This document shows positions 10,601-20,382 of a stretch of DNA of 61,100 nt, in pieces (positions within the stretch are counted from its first letter, which is position 1; each line of letters starts with the position of its first letter). Location of the stretch: positions 1 to 61,100 of the IMG/VR virus record IMGVR_UViG_3300032259_000005, one strand, 5' to 3'. Made by a program: the position numbers and the translations under genes. Source of the DNA: a virus. Taxonomy: Duplodnaviria; Caudoviricetes. A model generated the notes under the pieces. That model saw only the letters and a list, made by a program, of their open reading frames with translations. It was not told where the DNA came from and did not search any database.

Positions 10601-13161
10601 TTAACTCCAGCAACGAAAGCTTCTATACTAGCACCTGCAGGTCGATTTGGCAATCCTAGCATGCCAGTTCTATGGTGGAATACAGCTGTAGGATCTGTAG
10701 GATTAAGGTTAAACCTAGAAGTTATTATATCTCCATGCACTCTGCCAGCAGCTATAGCCTCTTGTGTTCCAGGTGCCCCACGTAGCTGATGAGGGTGTGC
10801 CATACGTGCAGTCATCCTGTGCATCTGATTGACAAGGAAAGATTCCTGAGGAGGATTTGAGAGATCTGAAGTACCAAAGAAGAACTTCATATCTGCTCTG
10901 CCTATACTTCCAGTCATGCCAGTTAAGTAACGAGCGTCTTTTGGAACTCCTAAACTTGGATCTATATTTTTAGGCAGAGGGATTTTCATCCGTAGATTTT
11001 CTGACCCAGCTAATAGCTTCTGTGGATCAGCCTTTAATATAGCCTGCCATTCATCACTAGTGCTTCCTCCAGATAACCTTGATAAGAAATCTGTGAACTG
11101 AGTGGTATTCATAGTTCCTTGAACACTATGAGTTACTCTAGATCTCTGGAATACATTCGGTCTCCCAGCGTTACCAAGAGTCATTAGGGCGCCAGCGTCA
11201 CCAAAGCCACGTGCTCTAGCTGCGTACTCACTGCTAAAGTGAGGTATCTGCACAAGGAGTGGGAAGCCTACAGCTCCATGACCAATCCCTTTTACACCTA
11301 TCGCTTTTGGCAACTGTGAAGGAGATGAGTATGCCGCATTCAACCCCTCCATAATACTCATGTTGCCAGCAGTAACTCCTAGGGTACTTGCTCTAGGAAG
11401 CATTCCAGCTGCTGCTCTACTACCTTTAATAGCATTTATGTGAATAGGATCGTAGATTTCTTCTACTCCTCTTGCGGCATATCTACCTTTCTCTCTAGCG
11501 TTCGTTGTATCCAATACACTTGGTAGGAATACAGTACCGATACTTCGTAATGGAACTAAGCCTCGTTCTAATGCAGCTTGGCCTTTAATAGCAGGAGCTA
11601 AGGCATTTGTGTTATGCTTTATGTGTAGCTGCTGCTGCAAGTCTTGATCAAGCTCATGCATGAGGCTCTTGACTTCATCAGGAGGAAGTACACCTTGTGA
11701 CTGAAGCTTAGCAATCTCTTGACTTTTTGCATTGTATCTTGCATAGGCTGCGTTTCCTGCAGAGAATGTATGCGCATCATATAGCGCAGAGTACATAGAG
11801 AGTCTTCCTCTAGAGGTAAGGTTTCCTCTAAGGATATCAAAAGTCGTATCAGAGTTGCCTATAATGGCTTCTCTAGTTGCTTCTTGATGTGCTTTAGACA
11901 GTGATTGAATGATAGACCTATCGTTCATACCTGAGCCTGGAGTACTAATAGCAGCTTTTACGAAGCTCTTAATATGCATAGGTGAAAGATGGCTAATCTG
12001 ACCAGTTCCAACGGCTACCTTTCTACCTGAGAACTGCCTGTTGCCATGGGTCATTACACCTGCAGGGAAACCCATCTTAGATATCGCACCAGGGTCACCC
12101 ATTACTTCTGCAGGTAGAGATACATAGCTTCCTGAGAAGCCACGCTTACCAACAAAGACTCCACCTTTGCCAGATAGTACCATGTTGACCTGGTCGCCTC
12201 CTGCTTCTCGCAGTTGCATATAGGCATCCTCTAGAACGTTTGCGTACTTACCTCCAAAGAAATCGCTTACTGCACCAAAGAACTTTAGCTGTCCAGCCTC
12301 TGCAAGATCCATACCTGTCTCAATGCTACCCGCTTTTATACCAGCGAGGATACTTGTCATGCCATTTGGGTCAGTAGAATTCCAAAGAGGCCGACCTCCT
12401 ATAGAAAGGCCTTCTACCCCAAAGTTAGATAGCATCTTCTTGAAAAACTCTATGCCATATGGGCTGTCTGAACCAGCGGCACTGGCACGCATGAACGCTC
12501 CATTGAATATAGTATGCATCATCTGGTCTGGGCCAATGTTAGTTCCAGAGCCACCGCCAGTAACCTGCTCTAAGGCTTCCCTTAGATACCTGATACCTCC
12601 ATCATCAGTGGAGTCCGCTATCTGCTGTATTACGCTCTCTGCTTTACCTACTTCCTTCCATGGTACCTCTCCAAAGAAAGCGTTTAATATTTTCTTTACT
12701 GGTACGAAGACAGACTTAGAGCCTCCCTTAGTGATTCCTTTTACTAGATTAGCTTGACTCTCTGCGTCCCAGCCAAGCATTATATAACTTGTCTTGGGGT
12801 TAAATGATCCTAATCTAGGGTTAAATGGGTCCCCACTAGGTAATTGTTGTGACGCTTCTACGAGTCTTCTGGATATATCGTGTACGCGCTGTTCAACCAG
12901 CGGACCTTTTCCAGTTACATTAAAATTACGGGTAGTGCCAAAGCGGTTTACTGCTGAGCCAAAGAATTGTTTTAATGGGCTAGTAGAGGCCTGCTCAATT
13001 ACCTTCATCTCCTCGCCAAGAGCATCTTTAGTTCTAAGGTGTCCTGGTATCTTGCCTGTACCCAATCTAAAGAATAGAAGCTTAGAGTCAGACCCTTTAA
13101 GGGCTTCCTCAAAAAGCTTATTGTGAGTAGACTTTAATTTATCCCTGAGGCTATCGCTCAT
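7681..13161 (-). CDS. Large virion/ejected protein, candidate single-chain double-psi-barrel RNA polymerase (1826 aa)
   Basis: VMQPTPVHG...GLAMSPLQLFAVNRDLDQDVADML aligns by eye with beta-prime NRAPTLH...[22 protein letters not shown]. DxDxD is at aa 1323-1327. Gly-rich hydrophobic segment near the C-terminus. TAATG-coupled to its neighbours. Confidence 0.5.
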   Translation of the reverse strand: MSDSLRDKLKSTHNKLFEEALKGSDSKLLFFRLGTGKIPGHLRTKDALGEEMKVIEQASTSPLKQFFGSAVNRFGTTRNFNVTGKGPLVEQRVHDISRRLVEASQQLPSGDPFNPRLGSFNPKTSYIMLGWDAESQANLVKGITKGGSKSVFVPVKKILNAFFGEVPWKEVGKAESVIQQIADSTDDGGIRYLREALEQVTGGGSGTNIGPDQMMHTIFNGAFMRASAAGSDSPYGIEFFKKMLSNFGVEGLSIGGRPLWNSTDPNGMTSILAGIKAGSIETGMDLAEAGQLKFFGAVSDFFGGKYANVLEDAYMQLREAGGDQVNMVLSGKGGVFVGKRGFSGSYVSLPAEVMGDPGAISKMGFPAGVMTHGNRQFSGRKVAVGTGQISHLSPMHIKSFVKAAISTPGSGMNDRSIIQSLSKAHQEATREAIIGNSDTTFDILRGNLTSRGRLSMYSALYDAHTFSAGNAAYARYNAKSQEIAKLQSQGVLPPDEVKSLMHELDQDLQQQLHIKHNTNALAPAIKGQAALERGLVPLRSIGTVFLPSVLDTTNAREKGRYAARGVEEIYDPIHINAIKGSRAAAGMLPRASTLGVTAGNMSIMEGLNAAYSSPSQLPKAIGVKGIGHGAVGFPLLVQIPHFSSEYAARARGFGDAGALMTLGNAGRPNVFQRSRVTHSVQGTMNTTQFTDFLSRLSGGSTSDEWQAILKADPQKLLAGSENLRMKIPLPKNIDPSLGVPKDARYLTGMTGSIGRADMKFFFGTSDLSNPPQESFLVNQMHRMTARMAHPHQLRGAPGTQEAIAAGRVHGDIITSRFNLNPTDPTAVFHHRTGMLGLPNRPAGASIEAFVAGVNKRAGVTMLEHVRGGEEYIKHTEHFTDRGFKTASRLTMQAMGYSHRSILGYMHGLHDLEGKAIKGQEGVEEYMSLPGRTVSLRGIAKKERLLALSGNLREGATEGILQQKNAIRVRLNTFGDIIQGARSMGYSKPFMHPLIALFGKQLEDSSKRAFGGSGLLFNKGEGTSRATLLKETPLELRRILAPYQEGALNTLGAEVLTLEQARTKFGQGPGRLTLGSLDNSHGGAINYEDLLETKLFKNENGFFIDIGEQYLAPSSGKSTGGKEAARLSNHVYVGPGKFLSRMVEGGEGSPVNLKEGDMVHSIAALLSPNRGPNKDVNSAVRDATSLTRSYVRLGGKDAKLDKTFFSASWGGAGNLKGRLVSTIDSTTALSDLVNNPTFKEEMFEVGISRSTISDAVSSSSEAKRILAMLDDGKHVYSVMQPTPVHGIGHLRLVRLKLDATLEGISSTEPGLAMSPLQLFAVNRDLDQDVADMLILESRHLETIEKLTGDRSSMSHLRNTGRSMSIEKLWKNQLSMGPGLHAQFVRSLKTDLDFKPMLGRPKNKEDALRMITALFSFGGSTPALPFTAMQSAMELSTLIKDPKDPGYIAKKINSISRQSQGTKNQLNIPFTAEHIEEYSSALGTRAQVSRASTYNMAPRQGGIQKAGAFLSAINKYYLSMQHSANIAYAQGRSHQDFIHGIDGKGGTIRGVRSLIDEMGVKFQMHASSTIVDPAADVAEVLGRTLGISSWIRAKHYEAGSRGLVNIVFDAIRSENPTLDKLSNLAYPGQEMLPPLRESIELLTSSQEALADLDPDLPDGLPKKAKGSTKAAKDMLKKIMSSKVKSFFRNNWKLIGGVGAGLIGANILFGSDDLEPPSYGGMMSPGGLPPQPLISMAAPGPFMQNTPARAYVTPDNGAFSNDSYRGTASAVNINESTSNFMSNFGSFNNLRATMTVSDSRSYSNNYKMQQVANMHADSDFIHPFMGSEA

Positions 13162-16100
13162 TATCTATAGGCCGTATTGTAAAAGGAGAATACGTCATTC
13201 TTTCTAGAGTCTTCATAGAAAGCGTTTACTATATTTATTTCCGGACCAGTGCCTAAGCTACCTCTGCTAAAGTACGTTTTGCGTACAGGTTTAAAAATAC
13301 TATTTATTATATGTCGCCTATTAGCCTCTGTGAGATCTGTAATATCATCAAACGGGAAATCTAGACCTGGATACCTATGGCCTACTTCTTCTATCTGTCC
13401 AGGGAAGTAGCCAAGCCTATGAGCTTCATCAGAGTGACTACCTATGCCAGCCTGAACAGCTCTTATATCTATAGCTGCGTCTGGCACAGATGGATGCCAA
13501 CCAGCCCAATTATCGTTAGGCAAAGCATGTGTACGGAAGTAGTCACTGACATTAGCAGCTGCATCACCACCTGAGCTTTTATTGCTATATACATTAGATA
13601 GCATCTTCTTCATATGATCAGGAACTATAGATAGTATCTCTGATCTTTTTTCATGAGGAGCTTGCACGAAATGCTCAAAGTAAGTTCTTTCATTTTTATC
13701 AAGAGATAAAATGTATTGCTCGGGGTCATTACTGGCAACACCAAATGCTTTTGTTGTCTCTACTTGTTTTCTGAATTGGTCTGCTAAGCCACCTTGGCCT
13801 CGGCTCTGCGCTATATCTTGGAGAGTAGAATACTTAGCATACTTGATGTTGTCCAGGTACTCTTCTAGCTTTCGGTCATTCTGAATATGCCTTGGTACAA
13901 AGTTACCTTGTACTGCACCTGTTTGTCCCATTCTAAATACTGACAGGCTTAAGCCGCCTACTGCCCCTGCTATCGCACTGATGCCAGGCCTTATACGCAT
14001 AGCAGATATAGGATTAAGGAATGCGCCTGCTCCTGCAGAGCTATAGTATGCTGTCGCTCCACCTTTAATAGTAGCAGTAAGAGGATCTTCTCCAGCTAAG
14101 TCCATTAAGGCTGGCCTGATTATAGTTCCATAAGGCTGATTCCAGTTAGCGAAGCTTTCTCCCTCTACCTCGAATTTCTTATAGTGTTCTACTGGATCTC
14201 TATGAGGGAAGAACTTAGAGCCAAGTATAGGAATCTCAGATAGTATGTTCTCGTTTAAGCTAGTCCATGATTTACTTAGGCCACGAATAATAGGTGATTT
14301 GTTTGCTTCTGCTATATTACCTTGGTTCCAACCTATGTCGTAACGATTAAGCTTTGCTTCACGCTGCTCTTCTGCTATTTCTATCTTGCGCTGCCACTCT
14401 GGAGATAGGCCCGCACTTTGTGCTCTACTTTTATACTTCCAGTATCCAGCAGAGTGAGGAGCTATGTCAGCCAAAATCAAGTACTTGTCTACGTCACTAT
14501 ATGTGGTACCACCATGCAATTCATTTACAGATTCGTATCCTGGTCCTGGTAAGCGGTATTCTCCTCCACTTATCTTTGTATAGGGGTCTCCCTTGTGGAA
14601 GTCAGCATACCATGTCTGATCTTTCTCTGCTTCACTAAGGCTACCAGGTAACCATGCAGGCATCGTGTTGTATATAGGATTGATCTGCCGGTTTAAATTA
14701 TTAGGAGTAGCATAGTCGGCCATTAAGAAACGACGTATGAGTTCTGTCTCACCAAACATACCACCAAAGTTTTTATCGTAGAAAGCTCTGGCAACGCTAT
14801 TCATATTGCTAGCGTCTGCCATAGTTCTGACGTCATCAAATTTAACGCCAAAGAATTCAAGAGCGAACTTCCAAATACCTAATGGTTCTAATGCAACGTT
14901 TGCATACTTACCCAACCTGTCTCTTCGGACATCTGGTCTATTGACGTCAACTAAAGCATTAGGTATGTCAGCTATGCCAAGCATTGAGGCTGCATCTGGG
15001 GAGACACCACGCATTCTAACATTAGATGTGGCAGTCATATGCCCCTGTGAGCTTCGATGCATCACCTTCCTTGGCTTAATAAATGAGCCAATTGTATCGG
15101 ATATAATTGGGCCTATAAGGGGAACGTTCTCACCTAGACCTCCTGTCACAGGGTAAGGTCTGTTGTAATAGTTCTTCTTCTCTAACCAGTAGGGAGCCAT
15201 TAGCCAGTCAAGACCAAACTTATTACTAGGCGTTGGCAGCATAGAGCCATGCTTCCAATAGTTCTTTGCTGAACCATATACACTAGTTTGATATGGCTTA
15301 TTCTTTAGTTTAGTATACCAGCTAGGAGCGTAGTGATCTACGTCTCCACCAGAGAATGGCTGATAGCCCATCATCCACCATCTAGCTTTTCTTATAGGTA
15401 CTTTGCGGTCTCCTGAGTACTCTTCTCTAAGCTCTCCAGGGTCCTGGCCTACATCTGGTCCGCCTATAGCAGCATAGATTAAGCCAGCTATAGCCTTGCC
15501 AAAGATAAGCGGCTTACCCTTAGGTAGCCATGGAGTTTTCTCCATAGCTTTCATTGCAGTAAGTGCGGCAGTAACAGTGCCTAGTGCGCCTACGCTAACG
15601 CCTGGTAGCGCTTCTTCTATTGCTTTAGCAGAGCTAGATATACCAGATGCGCTTCTGATCTGTTGCTGAATTACTCTAGCGTTAGTATATATATCAGCAG
15701 CTTTCTCTATAGGAGATACACCAGTGACTTTCTCTGTTACATAATCTGTATATCTAATTGCCTCTGTGCCTAACATGTACGCAAGAGGTACAGCTCCTAC
15801 ACGAGCCCAGTTGACACCTAAGCTAGCACTAGGCTTAAATCCTATACCTAGTAAACTTGAGCTAGCAAGCTTATTAAGTCTAAGCGCCATCCAGTTCGCA
15901 AAGTCATATGCTTTATCTACTTTACTAGAAGAGGCAGCATATTTTGTAGCTCTAGCTGTATATTGTTTTTGGCCGCTAAGAGAAATGCTTACTGGATCAT
16001 GTGTCTTAGAGTAAGTCTTAGTGACGTTCTCTAGGCCTTTATATGTACCAGAGGTACTACCAAAGTATAAGTCCGATTGCAGCAGATCATCTTTAAGAGC

Positions 16101-17522
16101 AGATTCTGTTTTAACCAAAGCTATATCTTGGTTCATACCTAGATAAGCAAGGCCTCTCTCATAAAGGCTAAGCTCATGTGCAGGAATAACTCCGCCTTCA
16201 TATCCTGCGTATTTACCTGGGATAGCTACCTTGCCACTTGTAGTGATCTGAGCTTCTGGTATATCCCTCTTTAATAAAACATCGAGAGGCTTATCTCCAG
16301 CATACTTGTACTTCCTAGCATAGAAGACAGCATCGCCTTTACCAACTGCTCTTGATCCCAACGCAATGTTGCGAACCATACCTTGTAGAAAGCCTGTACG
16401 TTTATCGTGAAACTTTCTGCCAATGCCGATCCTATCCTGTAGACCACCTAAGAATGTATTGCTAGGACTAGTCTCTATATACTTATCCAGATTACCTGCT
16501 TTAGCAGCCTCTCTTAATGTAGCAGGAATAAACCTTAGGTCACCTACATCACCAAGGCTTTGATTAGTAGCTACTTTCTTAATCCCCTTGACCCCTAGAT
16601 CAAATACATCACCGCCAAGAAAGATTTGCCTGTTCCCTGTAAGCTTACTTGTGCCCAGGTCTGCTACGCCACCAGCTGAACCAAATAGGCTAGCGGTACT
16701 TTTGACAACGCCAGCAATATCTATACCTATATCAGATATAGTATGGATTAGGGCGCGAGGACTCTTAAGCCTTAAGTCTAGTACTCTTTCAGATGTACCC
16801 TGACCAATTGTCTTGAAGATATTAGCATCTATAAGAGTCTCTTCGGTAATCCATCTTGTCTCTAGGGCTTTCTCTAGGATACCTATGCTAAGCACATTAG
16901 TCTTACCACTCGCGTCCCTAGTAGGCATGCCTGTAGTAGTAACATCATTTATAAAGCGCTTGCTGTTATCCAGTATCTCCTTGACTGTTATTCTTTCTAA
17001 GTCTTTGTGATGATGCTGCAACGGTCTCTCTAGAGTGCCTGATCTAGGTAGGTCATTAAAGCGCCTCTTGAAGCGCTCATTCATACCAGCTCTAAAGACT
17101 TGGTTACGAGGATCGTAAAGAAAATTACGTGCTTCAGCTAGATCCTGAATTATACTAAGCTCTTCTAATCTACCTCCACCAAAGCCACGAAGCGTTGCGT
17201 CTCCACCAGCATTCTTAGGGATGTCTAGCTGACGATGGAGCATGTCAGATGTTTCTCTGATTATGCCTCTGGTCTTTCGCTTGTTAAGGTTGCCTACAAA
17301 GTTAGCGCCCCTACCGCTAAGATTCATTAGCTCGCCAAATAGATTCGTCTTATAGTGCTTTGCACCAAGTATTGTAGCTCCTATTGCCAGCCCACCTAAT
17401 AGCGCCATCCACCTAGCGTCACTAGCATTAGACCGTTCAATCAGATCTTCATGGCTCTCTCCTCTATTGAACTGACGTTCAAAGGAAGGCCTGTCTACAG
17501 GTCTGTCTGGTAGCTCGGGCAT
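13161..17522 (-). CDS. Tape-measure-like / ejection protein (1453 aa)
   Basis: Immediately downstream of the tail chaperones, the usual tape-measure position. Several Gly/Ala-rich hydrophobic segments (WMALLGGLAIGATILG, VSVGALGTVTAALTA, ISAIAGAVGGLSL). Confidence 0.55.
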   Translation of the reverse strand: MPELPDRPVDRPSFERQFNRGESHEDLIERSNASDARWMALLGGLAIGATILGAKHYKTNLFGELMNLSGRGANFVGNLNKRKTRGIIRETSDMLHRQLDIPKNAGGDATLRGFGGGRLEELSIIQDLAEARNFLYDPRNQVFRAGMNERFKRRFNDLPRSGTLERPLQHHHKDLERITVKEILDNSKRFINDVTTTGMPTRDASGKTNVLSIGILEKALETRWITEETLIDANIFKTIGQGTSERVLDLRLKSPRALIHTISDIGIDIAGVVKSTASLFGSAGGVADLGTSKLTGNRQIFLGGDVFDLGVKGIKKVATNQSLGDVGDLRFIPATLREAAKAGNLDKYIETSPSNTFLGGLQDRIGIGRKFHDKRTGFLQGMVRNIALGSRAVGKGDAVFYARKYKYAGDKPLDVLLKRDIPEAQITTSGKVAIPGKYAGYEGGVIPAHELSLYERGLAYLGMNQDIALVKTESALKDDLLQSDLYFGSTSGTYKGLENVTKTYSKTHDPVSISLSGQKQYTARATKYAASSSKVDKAYDFANWMALRLNKLASSSLLGIGFKPSASLGVNWARVGAVPLAYMLGTEAIRYTDYVTEKVTGVSPIEKAADIYTNARVIQQQIRSASGISSSAKAIEEALPGVSVGALGTVTAALTAMKAMEKTPWLPKGKPLIFGKAIAGLIYAAIGGPDVGQDPGELREEYSGDRKVPIRKARWWMMGYQPFSGGDVDHYAPSWYTKLKNKPYQTSVYGSAKNYWKHGSMLPTPSNKFGLDWLMAPYWLEKKNYYNRPYPVTGGLGENVPLIGPIISDTIGSFIKPRKVMHRSSQGHMTATSNVRMRGVSPDAASMLGIADIPNALVDVNRPDVRRDRLGKYANVALEPLGIWKFALEFFGVKFDDVRTMADASNMNSVARAFYDKNFGGMFGETELIRRFLMADYATPNNLNRQINPIYNTMPAWLPGSLSEAEKDQTWYADFHKGDPYTKISGGEYRLPGPGYESVNELHGGTTYSDVDKYLILADIAPHSAGYWKYKSRAQSAGLSPEWQRKIEIAEEQREAKLNRYDIGWNQGNIAEANKSPIIRGLSKSWTSLNENILSEIPILGSKFFPHRDPVEHYKKFEVEGESFANWNQPYGTIIRPALMDLAGEDPLTATIKGGATAYYSSAGAGAFLNPISAMRIRPGISAIAGAVGGLSLSVFRMGQTGAVQGNFVPRHIQNDRKLEEYLDNIKYAKYSTLQDIAQSRGQGGLADQFRKQVETTKAFGVASNDPEQYILSLDKNERTYFEHFVQAPHEKRSEILSIVPDHMKKMLSNVYSNKSSGGDAAANVSDYFRTHALPNDNWAGWHPSVPDAAIDIRAVQAGIGSHSDEAHRLGYFPGQIEEVGHRYPGLDFPFDDITDLTEANRRHIINSIFKPVRKTYFSRGSLGTGPEINIVNAFYEDSRKNDVFSFYNTAYR

Positions 17523-18154
17523 TATTTTGTAATACTACCTTCTATCTTTTCCCATTGTACCGGGTCAGCATGCTCAGGAGACAATATATCTTCTGTACTC
17601 TCCATACCAGGTGGCACAGGATAGTCTATCTCTTTATCTTCAATTTCTAGTAGCTCATTCAAGTCTAGCTCTTGGCCTAAGACTTTCTCTGCTTTTGCAA
17701 ACAGTTCTATCTGCTCAATCATAGTCATATTTTGTATATCATCAGGTATATATTTATGGTATGCTGTGCATATAAAGGTCTCTATGATATTCTGAAACTT
17801 ATTTGTCTCTTCTCTTTTCTCTTTTATTAAGTCTATAAAAGAGTTTTCATCTGCGAAACCAGAGACGTTAACTATTTTATCTGCCAGTATATCAGGGTAA
17901 CCAGCGAGTAGGGTGTCATCAGCAAGCCAGGTGTCTACGCTTCTACTCTCGCCTATAAAAAGAACAGCTATTCTTAATAAAGCTTCGTTAGCTAACGACC
18001 CGTCTACGTATTTCTCAAGGTTAACCATATCAGTATACTCACCTAGAGTTAGAGGCTTGAACAATACATCCAAGCCTCCTATCTCTACAAAGTATATTGT
18101 ATTGTTACCTTCAGATTTTAACGACAGGTATTCATCAAAAGTTCTTTTTTCCAC
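17522..18154 (-). CDS. Tail assembly chaperone 2 (G-T-like), start uncertain
   Basis: Acidic protein before the tape-measure-like gene. Its N-half parallels the 135-aa neighbour (VLFKPLT vs FVYKPVT; AGYPDILADKIVNVSGF vs AGTVDSLSDSILLSSGF). The GTG start has a weak RBS. Confidence 0.6.
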   Translation of the reverse strand: MEKRTFDEYLSLKSEGNNTIYFVEIGGLDVLFKPLTLGEYTDMVNLEKYVDGSLANEALLRIAVLFIGESRSVDTWLADDTLLAGYPDILADKIVNVSGFADENSFIDLIKEKREETNKFQNIIETFICTAYHKYIPDDIQNMTMIEQIELFAKAEKVLGQELDLNELLEIEDKEIDYPVPPGMESTEDILSPEHADPVQWEKIEGSITK

Positions 18155-18197
18155 TCTTCAAATGCTTTGTTTCTATCTAGCTTATCAGTATTAAACA

Positions 18198-18605
18198 TTA
18201 TAGCCTTATTGGATCGACTTCTGCGCCTCCGAAGCCTGAGGATAATAGGATAGAATCTGAGAGAGAGTCTACTGTACCTGCGTATAGATTTTCACTATTC
18301 TCATAATAGACTTCGCACATACGAACAAGGCGTTCTAGTTCTTCTTCTCTGAGTTCAGCTGCAGCCAAGTCATCATCTTGATCTATTTTTGATGCGGCCT
18401 CGGACATACGTGTCCGTAGCTCTCTCCATTGTTTTCTAGTAACTGGCTTATAGACGAACTCTTTGCCAGATATTTTAGTGAACACTGGTTCGTAGCCTGC
18501 TTCTTTAGCAGTTAAGATAGCTTTTCTTGCAGCCTCACTGAGGTCAAGTTGATCATATATTGCCTGCTGATCTTCTGAGGCAGTTAATTCTTTATTTTCT
18601 GACAT
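18198..18605 (-). CDS. Tail assembly chaperone 1
   Basis: Small acidic protein between the tube genes and the tape-measure-like gene. Confidence 0.6.
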   Translation of the reverse strand: MSENKELTASEDQQAIYDQLDLSEAARKAILTAKEAGYEPVFTKISGKEFVYKPVTRKQWRELRTRMSEAASKIDQDDDLAAAELREEELERLVRMCEVYYENSENLYAGTVDSLSDSILLSSGFGGAEVDPIRL

Positions 18606-18612
18606 TATTATT

Positions 18613-19437
18613 CTATATATTGGTATTGGTTCTGGTTTCTATAGTCCTACAAAAGAACGGGTATACTTCTAGTATAGGTTGTGCACTGCTAGACATATCA
18701 TTTCCGGCTCCTGCAGAAGCAGAAACGGTTTCTTCTTCGCCTGTTATGTAGCACTCTTTAAATACTCTGTAGAAAGTAGCACGTTGTCCTCCGTAGTGGA
18801 CAGTAAGATCAAACGTAGAGTTCTCTATGTGCCGAGAATCTAACGGACTAGATAATGTACTTTGTATATTGCCTTTTGGGCCTACTCCTGGGTCAGGAGT
18901 GGAGAACCTTTTAAAGTAGTTCTCTCTAAGGGCTTCCACCATAGCTGTAGTACTTGCGGGAACCGTTGAGGCAGAGATACCTTTGCCAGCTGTGAAGCTA
19001 CGGTTCTGACCTACGGTTATATCACTGTTAGCGTGATTTTGACCTATAAGCATATTACCTATTATCTTAGCTTTATCTTCTGAAGTTAAAGCTGTATCAG
19101 CATTGTTGACTAACTCTTCTACGTCCATGTAGGAGAAGTTGTCAGTAGTAATGCCTTTAAGTTTTTTATCCAGCTTAGCGGCATTCTCATTTTCCCTAAG
19201 CTTACCATCTACTATTACATTGCGTAAGTAGCCTGGATATCTAAAGTTAATTATAAGATTCCCGGTTATTAGCTCTTTGCCGTCTGCTACAAAGTCAAAC
19301 TGTCTACTGTTATATCCGTAGACTGGCTGACGGTTAATAGCTCTCCTGAAATCCACTCTGTACATATCGTCTATCAACACGCCATTGATATAGTATGTTG
19401 TAGTAGATGGTGTAAGGTATAATTTTTTAGATGCCAT
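18613..19437 (-). CDS. Tail tube-like protein (tube paralog / tube initiator)
   Basis: PVYGYNSRQFDFVADGKELITGNLIINF parallels PIYTMGSADPRSFSRGKRGIAGSLIF of the main tube protein. Confidence 0.6.
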   Translation of the reverse strand: MASKKLYLTPSTTTYYINGVLIDDMYRVDFRRAINRQPVYGYNSRQFDFVADGKELITGNLIINFRYPGYLRNVIVDGKLRENENAAKLDKKLKGITTDNFSYMDVEELVNNADTALTSEDKAKIIGNMLIGQNHANSDITVGQNRSFTAGKGISASTVPASTTAMVEALRENYFKRFSTPDPGVGPKGNIQSTLSSPLDSRHIENSTFDLTVHYGGQRATFYRVFKECYITGEEETVSASAGAGNDMSSSAQPILEVYPFFCRTIETRTNTNI

Positions 19438-20342
19438 TATAGGTTTTTATACAGTAATGTGTCGCTACCTTCAACGTACTCTTGGATAGGGCCATTGGCA
19501 TATGTGTTGATGCCAAATAGATTAGAGATGACCATTTGACCTTTGTACTGAGAGTTAGCAAGGAGATTTTCCATGCCATTGACAGTTGATTGTGCCCCTG
19601 GTGACTTTATCCACCAATCAAATGTGCTATTGCTATTAATAGCGCTTACTCTATTGGATCCTGGCTGATTGTTAGAATACCAGTCATTAACTGCAGTAGC
19701 AACATCGTCAGGAGTTTTGTCTCCTTTGTTGCCACGATTCCTTATCATAGCATCTACTACACCATACAAAGACAGTGTATCTAATGGGCTAAAAATGAAT
19801 GGCGTCACATGTTCTGCCATGTACGTATAAGTGCTTTCTGTGTACACGTCGTCTACTGAATAGGTTGTACCCCAGTTAGCAATAACCATTCCATGAATGA
19901 TCTGTACTCCGACACCACCAAACTCATTCTCTGCTATGATGATAGCATCGAAGGGTGGCATCTGGTCTATGAACCAGTGCTTGTCAACAGCAACAGAGTT
20001 GTTGAGAGCGTCTACTGCGTACAAGGATTGGAACGGATCACCTTGCACAGTGAAGATCATAGATCCAGCAAACGTTCGGGCGCCCTTGCCATAAGCTAAT
20101 GGCTTAGCGTTACCTGTTGCTCTAACTGGTAGTATAGAAGTGGATGAACTAATAGTTATAGTCTGTAGTTCATTCGTCATCTTAAAGGCGTCACCAACAT
20201 TTAAGCTAGGTGAGTCAATTGGTATATCAAAGATAACAGATATGTCGGTACCAGCAAACGTTTGAAAGCCTGCTGGAACTACTGTGTCTACTGGCCTTGC
20301 TTGGCCAGGACCTATATCCGTGTCTATCTTATTGATGGTCAT
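19437..20342 (-). CDS. Tail tube-like protein (tube paralog)
   Basis: TFAGTDI...ELQTITIS...GKGARTFAGSMIFTV...DQMPPFD...ENEFG...SVDD matches the main tube protein motif for motif. Confidence 0.7.
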   Translation of the reverse strand: MTINKIDTDIGPGQARPVDTVVPAGFQTFAGTDISVIFDIPIDSPSLNVGDAFKMTNELQTITISSSTSILPVRATGNAKPLAYGKGARTFAGSMIFTVQGDPFQSLYAVDALNNSVAVDKHWFIDQMPPFDAIIIAENEFGGVGVQIIHGMVIANWGTTYSVDDVYTESTYTYMAEHVTPFIFSPLDTLSLYGVVDAMIRNRGNKGDKTPDDVATAVNDWYSNNQPGSNRVSAINSNSTFDWWIKSPGAQSTVNGMENLLANSQYKGQMVISNLFGINTYANGPIQEYVEGSDTLLYKNL

Positions 20343-20349
20343 AATATTA

Positions 20350-20374
20350 GGGACCAGGCTTAATACCTGGCCCC
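20350..20374 (-). terminator. Stem-loop after the major tail tube gene (partial terminator or mRNA stabiliser)
   Basis: Minus strand GGGGCCAGG-TATTAAG-CCTGGTCCC forms a 9-bp stem with one G-U pair. No strong U-tract follows. Confidence 0.5.
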
Positions 20375-20382
20375 CATTTTAA

